DNA from: an uncultured Acidobacteriota bacterium
GTDB lineage: Bacteria; Acidobacteriota; Thermoanaerobaculia; UBA5066
Direction: 5' to 3'
Length of the DNA: 64,000 nt
Assembly (NCBI GenBank): GCA_963839295.1
Contig: CAWIUK010000013.1
Location: forward strand, 67,603 to 131,602
Numbering within the stretch: position 1 is the stretch's first letter; each line of letters starts with the position of its first letter. The position numbers and the translations under genes are program-made. Below the pieces are notes generated by a model that saw only the letters and a list, made by a program, of their open reading frames with translations, did no database searches and had not been told where the DNA came from. Positions 56,099-64,000 of the stretch are shown piece by piece.

Positions 56099-58780
56099 AT
56101 GTCCGTCCGCCCGATTGCGCTCAGCCTGCTCGTTCTCGCCTGTCCCTCGACGGGCCTCCCGGCCACGGGGAAGGCGGCTCCCGCGCCCGCTTCCGCCCCT
56201 TCCCCCGCGCGGGCCGTGCCGGAATCCGCGCTGCGCGCCTTTGCCGCCCGGTCCATCGGGCCCGCCGTGATGGGCGGGCGCGTCACGGACGTCGCGCTCG
56301 ACCCCGAGAACCCGGCCGGGTTCTGGGTCGCGCTCGCGACGGGCGGCGTGTTCCGCACGGCGAACGGCGGCGCGACGTTCGAGGCCGTCTTCGAGGGGGA
56401 GAGCGTCGCCTCCGTCGGCGCCGTCGCCGTTTCGCCGGCCGACCCGAAGACCGTCTGGGTCGGGACGGGCGAGGGGACGGACCGCAACACGGCCGGCTGG
56501 GGCGACGGCGTCTACCGCTCGACCGACCGCGGCGCCGCATGGACGCGCGTCGGCCTGACGGCCTCCCGCGCGATCGCGCGGATCGCCGTCCACCCGAAGG
56601 ACCCGAAGATCGCGTACGTCGCGGCGCTCGGCAGCCTCTGGACGTCCGGCGGCGAGCGCGGCCTCTACAAGACGACGGACGGCGGGGCGTCGTGGACGCG
56701 CGTCCTCGGCGCGCCCGGCGCGCTCGCGCAGAAGGTCGGCGCGTGCGACGTCGTCCTCGACCCCACGGACCCGGAGGTCGTCTACGCCGCGCTCTACGCG
56801 CGCCTCCGGACGCCGTGGTCGTTCGCGTCGGGGCCCGAGGCTTCGGACGGGAAGGACGCGGGCGGGATCTTCAAGTCCACGGACGGCGGTGCGACGTGGA
56901 AGAAGCTCGGCGGGGGCCTCCCGGGCTCCCTCCAGCGCGTCGGCCTCGACGTCTTCCGCGCGAACCCGAAGATCGTCTACGCGATCGTGCAGACGGCCGA
57001 GGGCGGGCCGACCCCGCTCCGCGAGGTGCGCACGAAACGCGGGGGCGTCTTCCGGTCGGAGGACGGCGGCGAGACGTGGACGCGCACGAGCCCGCTCGAC
57101 CCGCGCCCGTTCTACTTCAGCCAGATTCGCGTGGATCCCGCGAACGACAAGCGCGTCTACGTCCTCGGGATCGCGCTCCACGTCTCGGACGACGGCGGGC
57201 GGAGCTTCCGCGAGGACCTCGGCGAGGCCGTGCATCCCGACGGCCACGCCCTCGCCGTCGACCCGCGGAACCCGAAGCACCTCGTCCTCGGGACGGACGG
57301 CGGCGTCTACCAGAGCTTCGAGGGCGGGAAGAACTGGGCGCACCTCGACCGGATCGCCGCCGGCGAGTATTACCGGGTCGCCCTCGACGACGCCACGCCG
57401 TACCGCATCGCGGGCGGGCTCCAGGACAACCTGAACTGGCTCGGGCCGTCCGCGACGGGGACGAAGGAAGGGATCCGCAACGCGGACTGGATCAACCTCG
57501 GCGGCGGCGACGGCTTCTCGAACGCGTTCGACCCGGGCGAGCCCGGCGTCGTCTACGCCGAGTCCCAGGGCGGAAACGTCTTCCGGATGGACCTCAGGAG
57601 CGGCGAGAGGAAGGACCTCCGCCCGCAGCCGGAGGAGGGGCATCCGGCGTTCCGGTTCCACTGGTGCGCGCCGCTCCTCGCGAGCCGCCACGAGAAGGGA
57701 GTCCTCTTTCTCGGCGGGAATCGCGTCTTCCGGCTCACGGCGCGCGGGGAGGAGTGGGTCCCGATCAGCCCGGATCTCTCCGCGCAGGACCCGGGGAAAA
57801 CGACCGCGACGGGCAGCGGCGCCGAGACGTACGGCGTCGTCTACGCGCTCGCGGAATCGCCGCTCGAGGCCGGCCTCCTGTGGGCGGGGACCGACGACGG
57901 CAAGCTCTGGGTCACGCGGGACGGCGGCGGGACGTGGACGGACCTCACGGCGTCACTGCCTCCGGCCGCGAAGGGACAGTGGATCGGCCGCATCGAGCCG
58001 AGCGCCTACGACGCGAAGGCGGCGTACCTCGCCGTCGAGGCGTACCGGTCCGGCAACGACGCGCCGCTCGCCTTCCGGACCGCCGACCTCGGCCGGACGT
58101 GGACGAGCGTCGTCGGGAACCTGCCCGCGAACGGCCCCGTGAAGGTCGTCCGCGAGGACCCGAAAAACCCGTCGCTCCTGTTCGCCGGCACGGTGTCCGG
58201 CCTCTACGTGTCGCTCGACCGCGGGACGAGCTGGACGAAGTTCGGGCGCCTCCCCACCGTCGAGGTGGACGACCTCGCGATCCACCCCCGTGAGCGCGAC
58301 CTCGTGATCGCGACGCACGGGCGGAGCCTCTTCATCGCGGACGACCTCTCGGCCCTCGAGGCGTTCACGCCCGAGATCGCCGCGGAAGACGCCCATCTCT
58401 TCCCGCCGAAACCCGCCTTCGGCACGAACCGCTTCTCGGGCTGGAGCGAGTGGAACGGAAAGGCCGCCTTCCGCGGGAAGAACCCGCCCGAGGGCGCGGT
58501 CTTCACGTACTGGATCCGCGCGCTCACGGTGGACGACGTGAAGATCACGATCGACGGGCCGGGCGGCGTGCCGGTCGCGAAGCTCGAGGCGCCCGGGACG
58601 CCGGGCTTCGGCCGCGTGTCCTGGGACCTCAAGCCGACGAAGGAGTTCCTTTCCGAGTCGAGCAGCGAGGGAAAACGGTTCGTGCGCCCGGGTACCTATA
58701 CCGTGACCCTCACGCACGGGAAGACGAAGGTGAAGCAGACTCTCGACGTGAAGATCGCCGAGGGCATCGAGACCCGGTGA
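56099..58780 (+). CDS. Secreted VPS10/BNR-repeat (sortilin-like) beta-propeller protein
   Basis: RSIGPA.MGGR, many S/T-D-G-G-x-T/S-W Asp boxes, GGLQDN, GGGDG, ATHGRS. Confidence 0.88.
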   Translation: MSVRPIALSLLVLACPSTGLPATGKAAPAPASAPSPARAVPESALRAFAARSIGPAVMGGRVTDVALDPENPAGFWVALATGGVFRTANGGATFEAVFEGESVASVGAVAVSPADPKTVWVGTGEGTDRNTAGWGDGVYRSTDRGAAWTRVGLTASRAIARIAVHPKDPKIAYVAALGSLWTSGGERGLYKTTDGGASWTRVLGAPGALAQKVGACDVVLDPTDPEVVYAALYARLRTPWSFASGPEASDGKDAGGIFKSTDGGATWKKLGGGLPGSLQRVGLDVFRANPKIVYAIVQTAEGGPTPLREVRTKRGGVFRSEDGGETWTRTSPLDPRPFYFSQIRVDPANDKRVYVLGIALHVSDDGGRSFREDLGEAVHPDGHALAVDPRNPKHLVLGTDGGVYQSFEGGKNWAHLDRIAAGEYYRVALDDATPYRIAGGLQDNLNWLGPSATGTKEGIRNADWINLGGGDGFSNAFDPGEPGVVYAESQGGNVFRMDLRSGERKDLRPQPEEGHPAFRFHWCAPLLASRHEKGVLFLGGNRVFRLTARGEEWVPISPDLSAQDPGKTTATGSGAETYGVVYALAESPLEAGLLWAGTDDGKLWVTRDGGGTWTDLTASLPPAAKGQWIGRIEPSAYDAKAAYLAVEAYRSGNDAPLAFRTADLGRTWTSVVGNLPANGPVKVVREDPKNPSLLFAGTVSGLYVSLDRGTSWTKFGRLPTVEVDDLAIHPRERDLVIATHGRSLFIADDLSALEAFTPEIAAEDAHLFPPKPAFGTNRFSGWSEWNGKAAFRGKNPPEGAVFTYWIRALTVDDVKITIDGPGGVPVAKLEAPGTPGFGRVSWDLKPTKEFLSESSSEGKRFVRPGTYTVTLTHGKTKVKQTLDVKIAEGIETR

Positions 58781-58781
58781 G

Positions 58782-59747
58782 ATGAGCCCCGAGGTCGTCG
58801 AAGCCGTCTCGGTGCTGCACGCGGCCGGGGTCCTGACCGACGCGGAAGCCGCCCGGACGGGGCGCGTCGCGACGGGCGCCCTCGTGTCCGTGCGCCCGGA
58901 GATCCGCGCGGCGCTCTACCTCGGGGTCCTCCTCGTCGTCTCGGGCGTCGGGCTCCTCCTGAGGGAGAACGTCGAGCGGATCGGCCCGTCGGCGATCGCC
59001 GGCGCCGTCGGGCTCGCGGCCGGAGCCTGTCTCGCGTGGGCGTGGCGCCGCGCGGCGCCGCCGTCGTGGGGCAGGACGGACTCGACGCACCCCGCGTTCG
59101 ACTACGTCCTCCTCCTCGGCGCGCTCCTCGCCGCGGCCGACCTCGCGTGGGTCGAGGCGCAGACGAAGCTGCTCGGCCCCGCGTGGCCGCTGCACCTCCT
59201 CGTGGTCGCGCTCTTCTACGCGGCGCTCGCGTATCGCTTCGACTCGCGAATGCTCCTCTCGCTCGCGCTCGCCTCCTTCGCGGCGTGGCGCGGCGTCTCC
59301 CTGAGCCTCGCCCACGCGTCGCTCGGCGCCGGGGACGACGCCCGGCTCCGCGCGGAGGCGCTCGCGACAGGAGCGCTCTTCGCGGCCGTCGGAATCGCCG
59401 CCGCCCGGGCGGGGAAGAAGGCCCACTTCGAGGACGTCTGGGTGAACGCCGGCGTCCTTCTCGTCCTCGGCGGGCTGCTGTCGGGTGTCTTCGCGGCGCC
59501 CGAGTGGCCCGGATGGCTCGCGGCGCTCCTCGTCATCGCGGCGGCCGTCGCGGCCGCGGCGTACCGTTGGAAACGCACGCTGCCGTTTGCGCAGGCAGTC
59601 CTCGCGGCATACCTCGGCCTCTTGCGCGGCGTCTTCGACGCCGGCGGCGGGGGCGACGAGGCGTTCCGGCTCCTCGTCGCGGCCCTCCTCGGCTGCGCCG
59701 CACTCGCGACGGTCGTTCTCGCCCACCGGCGCATGAGGATTCTTTGA
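58782..59747 (+). CDS. DUF2157-like multi-TM membrane protein
   Basis: SVRPEIRAALYLGVLL, FDYVLLLG, AYRFDSR.LLSLAL..FAAW.G. Confidence 0.7.
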   Translation: MSPEVVEAVSVLHAAGVLTDAEAARTGRVATGALVSVRPEIRAALYLGVLLVVSGVGLLLRENVERIGPSAIAGAVGLAAGACLAWAWRRAAPPSWGRTDSTHPAFDYVLLLGALLAAADLAWVEAQTKLLGPAWPLHLLVVALFYAALAYRFDSRMLLSLALASFAAWRGVSLSLAHASLGAGDDARLRAEALATGALFAAVGIAAARAGKKAHFEDVWVNAGVLLVLGGLLSGVFAAPEWPGWLAALLVIAAAVAAAAYRWKRTLPFAQAVLAAYLGLLRGVFDAGGGGDEAFRLLVAALLGCAALATVVLAHRRMRIL

Positions 59748-60930
59748 AAGGGGCATGGGTCGCGGCCGAGCGCGTCGAGGAGGTCCGCGCGGCCGCCCGC
59801 GGCTGGAAGAGAGCGGCCGCCATCAGCGAGGGCACATTCGAAGAAATTCTGAGAAGGTATCCCGAGCCGCGAACGCTGCCCGCTCCGCTCTGGCGGATCC
59901 TCACGTTCGTCTTCGGCAGTTTCATCCTTCTCGCCGTCTTCGCCTCGTTCGCCGTTGCGGCTCGCCCGAACGTGTCCGGAGCCTGGGTCCTTGTGCGCCG
60001 TGTTCGGCGCGGCGTTCCTCGCCCTCGCCGAGCTCCAGGCCCGCTCTCCCTCCATGGCCCTGCGGGGAGGCGTCGAGGCGGCGAGCTTCTGGGGCATCGC
60101 CCTCCTCGTCGCCAGCCTTTTCTTCCTATTCGAAGAAGATCTTCATCTCTCCGAGTCCAAAGGATTCGAACCTCGTCCTGGCGGGGGCCGCGGTCCTGCT
60201 CGCGTTCGGCGCCTGGCGCTGGGGAAACGCCGCGTTCGCGGGATTCGCCGCGGGCGCCCTCTTCGTCCTCCTCGCGCGCGCGCCGCACGGCCGGCTGCTC
60301 TGGGTCGCGGCCGGCGTCGCCCTGAGCGCGGCGGCGGAGAGGTTCGCGGACCGGACGGCCTGGGCGCCCTCGCACCGCGCCTGCGCCCGGGGCCTCGTCG
60401 TCTGCGGGATCGCGGGCGTCTACGCCGCGGTGAACTGCTGGTCGCTCGACCACCGGGTGATCGAGGACCTGGGGAGTCGCACCCGCACGCTGCCGGAAAG
60501 CGGACCGGGCGACGGCGCCTGGATCGTCGCGGTCCTCGCGACCGCCCTCGTTCCCGCGGCGGTGTTCCTGCGCGGCGTCGTCCGGCGGCGGGCGCTCCTC
60601 GTCGACACGGGCCTCGTTCTCGCCGCGCTCTCCCTCGTGACGCTGCGCGAGTACGTCCACGTCGCGAGCCTCGGCGTCGTCCTCGCGGCGGCGGGCTCGC
60701 TGCTCGTCGGGGGCGCCCTGGCGGTGAACCGCTGGCTGCGCGGCGGCCCGGAAGGCGAGCGCGGCGGGTTCACCGCGGACGCGCTGTTCGCGGACGAGGC
60801 GGGCCTCCGCGCGGTCGAGCTCGTGCCGGTCCTCGCGGCGCACGCGCCCGCCGCGAAGCCCCCGGACGAGCCCGGCTTCTCGGGGGGCGGGGGCGGGTTC
60901 GGCGGGGGCGGCGCAGGTTCTTCCTACTGA
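59744..60930 (+). CDS. Multi-TM membrane protein with Gly-rich C-tail (frameshifts at ~59990 and ~60160)
   Basis: TTG start overlapping the upstream TGA; W...G-like start; TM helices across three frames; ends FSGGGGGFGGGGAGSSY. Confidence 0.7.
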
Positions 60931-61009
60931 AGGACTTGAGACACTGATTCATCTGCTCCGTAGCGGAATTCCACGCCAGGCCGTCAAATTTCACGCCGGA
61001 GGGTCCTCC

Positions 61010-62419
61010 ATGGCCAGTCCGGCCCCCGTCCGCGAACGACCCAAACCGCTGCTGCTCCCGGAGTTCTGCAAGGGCTGCGGGCGCTGCATCGAATCCTGCG
61101 CGAAGCACTGCATCGAGGTCGGGCACGAGATCAACCCGCTCACAGGGCTCGTGCCCGTCGTCCTGAACCTCGACCACTGCAACGCCTGCGGGCTGTGCAT
61201 CGACGCATGCCCCGAGCCGTACGGCCTCCGGCCCGAGCCGAAGAAGGGCGACGACTTCGAGCTGCAGGACCCCGCGAAGCTCTTCGGCGAGCGCGCCTCC
61301 GCGCGCCCGAAGCCGGCGACGATTCCTCCGGAGATCGTCTCCCTGCCGAAGTCCGAGCCGCTCGTCCTGAAGGGAAACTACGCGGCCGCGGTCGGCGCGC
61401 TCCTCGCGGGCTGCCGGCACGTGTTCGGCTACCCGATCACGCCCTCGACGGAAGGCGCCGAGCTCATGGCGAAGCTCCAGCCGAAGCTCGACGGCGTCTT
61501 CCTGCAGGCCGTCAGCGAGGTCGCGACCGTCAACATGATGTACGGCTGCGGCGGCGCGGGCCTGCCCTGCATGACGTTCACGTCCTCGCCGGGCTTCTCG
61601 CTGATGCTGGAAGGCATCTCCTACATGATCGGCTCCGAGGTACCGGGCGTCTTCGTGAACGTGATGCGCGGCGGCCCGGGCCTCGGGAACATCGCGCCCG
61701 AGCAGGCCGACGTGAAGCTCGCCTGCCGCGGCCTCGGCCACGGCAACACGCACGCGATCACGCTCGCGGCCTCGACGCCGCAGGAGATGCTCGACCTCGC
61801 GCGCCTGTCGTTCGAGCTGACCTTCAAGTACCGCAACCCCGTGATCCTCCTCGCGGACGGCTACCTCGGGCAGATGACGGGCAAGGTCGTCCTGCCGGAG
61901 ACGATGGTGAAGCCCGGCCTCCCGGACTGGGCGGTCTTCGGCGATGCCGCGCACCGAGGCAACCTCGTGTCGTCGATCTACCTCGACGAGAGGGACCTCG
62001 AGAACTTCAACGTCCACCTCAACGAGAAGTACGCGCGCATGCAGGCCGCCGAGCAGCGCGCCGACCTCTTCCTCTGCGACGACGCGGAGGTCCTCGTCGT
62101 CTCGATCGGCACGCCGGCCCGAATGGCCAAGGGCGCCGTCGAGGCGCTGCGCCGGCAGGGCGTCAAGGCCGGCCTCTTCCGGCCCGTCTCCGTCTGGCCG
62201 TTCCCGATCGACGCGCTCGGGCCGCTCCTCCCGAGGGCGCGCCGCATCGTCGTCGTCGAGGCGTCCGCCGGCCAGCTCGAGGACGAGATGAGGCTCGCCC
62301 TCTCGCACGCGGGGCTCGCCGTCCCGCCGATCGAGTCCGTCCGCCACATGGGCGGCGTCCTGCCGCAATCCGGAGAGGTCGTGCAGGCGGTCCTTTCCCA
62401 CGAGGAGGTGGCCGCGTGA
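61010..62419 (+). CDS. vorB: 2-oxoacid:ferredoxin oxidoreductase, delta(ferredoxin)-alpha fusion (ketoisovalerate oxidoreductase-like)
   Basis: CKGCGRC...C and CNACGLC...CP; GYPITPSTE, SSPGFSL, RGGPGLGNI, GQL. Confidence 0.85.
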   Translation: MASPAPVRERPKPLLLPEFCKGCGRCIESCAKHCIEVGHEINPLTGLVPVVLNLDHCNACGLCIDACPEPYGLRPEPKKGDDFELQDPAKLFGERASARPKPATIPPEIVSLPKSEPLVLKGNYAAAVGALLAGCRHVFGYPITPSTEGAELMAKLQPKLDGVFLQAVSEVATVNMMYGCGGAGLPCMTFTSSPGFSLMLEGISYMIGSEVPGVFVNVMRGGPGLGNIAPEQADVKLACRGLGHGNTHAITLAASTPQEMLDLARLSFELTFKYRNPVILLADGYLGQMTGKVVLPETMVKPGLPDWAVFGDAAHRGNLVSSIYLDERDLENFNVHLNEKYARMQAAEQRADLFLCDDAEVLVVSIGTPARMAKGAVEALRRQGVKAGLFRPVSVWPFPIDALGPLLPRARRIVVVEASAGQLEDEMRLALSHAGLAVPPIESVRHMGGVLPQSGEVVQAVLSHEEVAA

Positions 62420-63846
62420 GCGTCTTCTACGAGAACTTCGAGCGTCATTCCGGCGGCCAGGGCCTCAAGGCGCACGCGACGCACTACTGCCCGGGCTGCG
62501 GCCACGGCCTCGTCCACAAGTACCTCGCCGATGCGATCGAGGAGCTGGGCATCCAGAACCGCACGGTCGCGATCTCGCCCGTCGGCTGCTCGGTCTTCCT
62601 CTACTACTACTTCGACGTCGGCAACTCGCAGGCCGCCCACGGCCGCGCCCCCGCGGTCGCGATCGGTCACAAGCTCGCGAACCCGGACTCGATCGTCGTG
62701 AGCTACCAGGGCGACGGCGACCTCGCGTCGATCGGTCTCGCGGAGATCGTCTCGACGGCGCAGCTCGGGATCCCGATCACCGTGATCTTCGTGAACAACG
62801 CGATCTACGGGATGACGGGCGGCCAGATGGCCCCGACGACGCTCATGGGCCAGAAGAGCGCGACGAGCCCGTACGGCCGGACGGCCGCGATGGGCCTGCC
62901 GATGAAGATGTCCGAGCTGATCGCGGGCCTCGACGGGCCCGTGTACGTCGAGCGCGTCGCCCTGTACGACGCCAAGCAGCGCATCAAGGCGCAGAAGGCC
63001 ATCAAAAAGGCCATGCAGCTGCAGGTCGAGAACCGCGGCTTCGCCTTCGTCGAGGTCCTCGCGGAGTGCCCGACGCACCTCGGGATGACGCCCGAGGAGA
63101 CCGAACACTGGGTCAAGGAGAACATGCTCCCCGTCTTCCCGCTCGGCGTGAAGAAGGACGTCGTCGTCGAGCCGCACGAGAAGGGTCCGGCGCCGAGCTT
63201 CGACGCGGGGCGCCTGTCGGGCCTCATCGGGGCCACCGCCGAGAAGCCGCCGCGCTTCGCGAAGGGCTTCCCCGAGCACCTCGGCGGCAAGGACGTCGCG
63301 CTCAAGCTCGCCGGCGCGGGCGGCGACGGCGCGCAGACCGCCGCGATGCTCATCGCGCGGGCCGCGATCTCCGAGGGCTTCGACGCGACGCACATCCCGA
63401 GCTACGGCCCGGAGTCGCGCGGCGGAACGTCCTACGCCGACGTCCACGTCGCCGAGGACGAGGTCCTCTCTCCGGCCTCGCCGCATCCCCGGATCCTCGT
63501 CGCCTTCAACGCGCCGAGCCTCGCGAAGTTCGCGCCGGACGTCGTCCCCGGCGGGACGATCGTCTACGACAGCTCCGTCATCCACGACGTCCCGAAGGCC
63601 GCCGCCGGCGTCCAGCTCGTCGGCGTCCCCTTCACGGAGATCGCGGTCGACCTCGGCAAGGCGATGGTCAAGAACGTCGTCGCCCTCGGCGCGCTCTGCG
63701 CCGCGACGAAGATCTTTCCCGAGGAGACGTTCAAGACGGCGCTGAGGCAGGCTCTCAAGGACAAGTGCGCTCTCATTCCGCTCAACGAGGAAGCGTTCGC
63801 CTGGGGCGTGAAGTCCGTGGCGACCATCGCGACGCCCGGCAACTGA
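62416..63846 (+). CDS. 2-oxoacid:ferredoxin oxidoreductase, beta-gamma fusion
   Basis: YCPGCGHG, PVGC, HGRA, QGDGD, NN..YGMTGGQ, CPT; then AGAGGDG, PSYGPESRGG, NVVALGA. Confidence 0.9.
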   Translation: MSVFYENFERHSGGQGLKAHATHYCPGCGHGLVHKYLADAIEELGIQNRTVAISPVGCSVFLYYYFDVGNSQAAHGRAPAVAIGHKLANPDSIVVSYQGDGDLASIGLAEIVSTAQLGIPITVIFVNNAIYGMTGGQMAPTTLMGQKSATSPYGRTAAMGLPMKMSELIAGLDGPVYVERVALYDAKQRIKAQKAIKKAMQLQVENRGFAFVEVLAECPTHLGMTPEETEHWVKENMLPVFPLGVKKDVVVEPHEKGPAPSFDAGRLSGLIGATAEKPPRFAKGFPEHLGGKDVALKLAGAGGDGAQTAAMLIARAAISEGFDATHIPSYGPESRGGTSYADVHVAEDEVLSPASPHPRILVAFNAPSLAKFAPDVVPGGTIVYDSSVIHDVPKAAAGVQLVGVPFTEIAVDLGKAMVKNVVALGALCAATKIFPEETFKTALRQALKDKCALIPLNEEAFAWGVKSVATIATPGN

Positions 63847-63857
63847 CGGAGGGGACC

Positions 63858-64000
63858 ATGGAAACCAACACGACCCGGAGCCTGACCCCCGCCGAATGGC
63901 ACCTCGTGAACGCGCTGCGCGAGGTCCCGGAGTCCGCGCTCCGGACCCGCGTGAACGCGCTCGTCGAGGGCCTCATCGAGCTCGCGCGCGAGCCGAAGTG
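63858..64000 (+). CDS. Hypothetical protein (partial, runs off the right edge)
   Basis: GGAGGGG RBS, then ATG METNTTRSLTPAEWHLVNALREVPES..., open to the window end. Confidence 0.6.
   Translation, partial: METNTTRSLTPAEWHLVNALREVPESALRTRVNALVEGLIELAREPK

Overview
A very GC-rich (roughly 70% or more by eye), gene-dense bacterial chromosomal window with about 55 protein-coding genes. I found no rRNA, tRNA, CRISPR array or intact transposase. The gene content (Ser/Thr kinase–PD40 propeller fusions, Acidobacterial-type VWA protein, VPS10/BNR protein, YpdA) suggests Acidobacteriota, possibly Thermoanaerobaculia; this is inference. Many genes at ~29.8-36.4 kb, plus ones near 20.4 and 60 kb, carry single-base frameshifts typical of long-read assembly error. 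Main observations: (1) a CzcCBA-type metal efflux operon headed by a signal-peptide/RGPP leader ORF whose 3' end carries an anti-Shine-Dalgarno for czcC, i.e. a candidate ribosome-stalling attenuator without the CxxC sensor, and ending in a P-II protein with a His-rich T-loop; (2) a recurrent AT-rich palindrome (YTTCnnnGAAR, three exact CTTTCTAAGAA copies) in rare-codon patches inside unrelated genes; (3) a coupled lipase-like hydrolase plus stand-alone CHAT protease; (4) widespread leaderless-type -10/start architecture; (5) an orphan minor-pilin trio behind a VWA protein; (6) a low-GC carbonic anhydrase insert.
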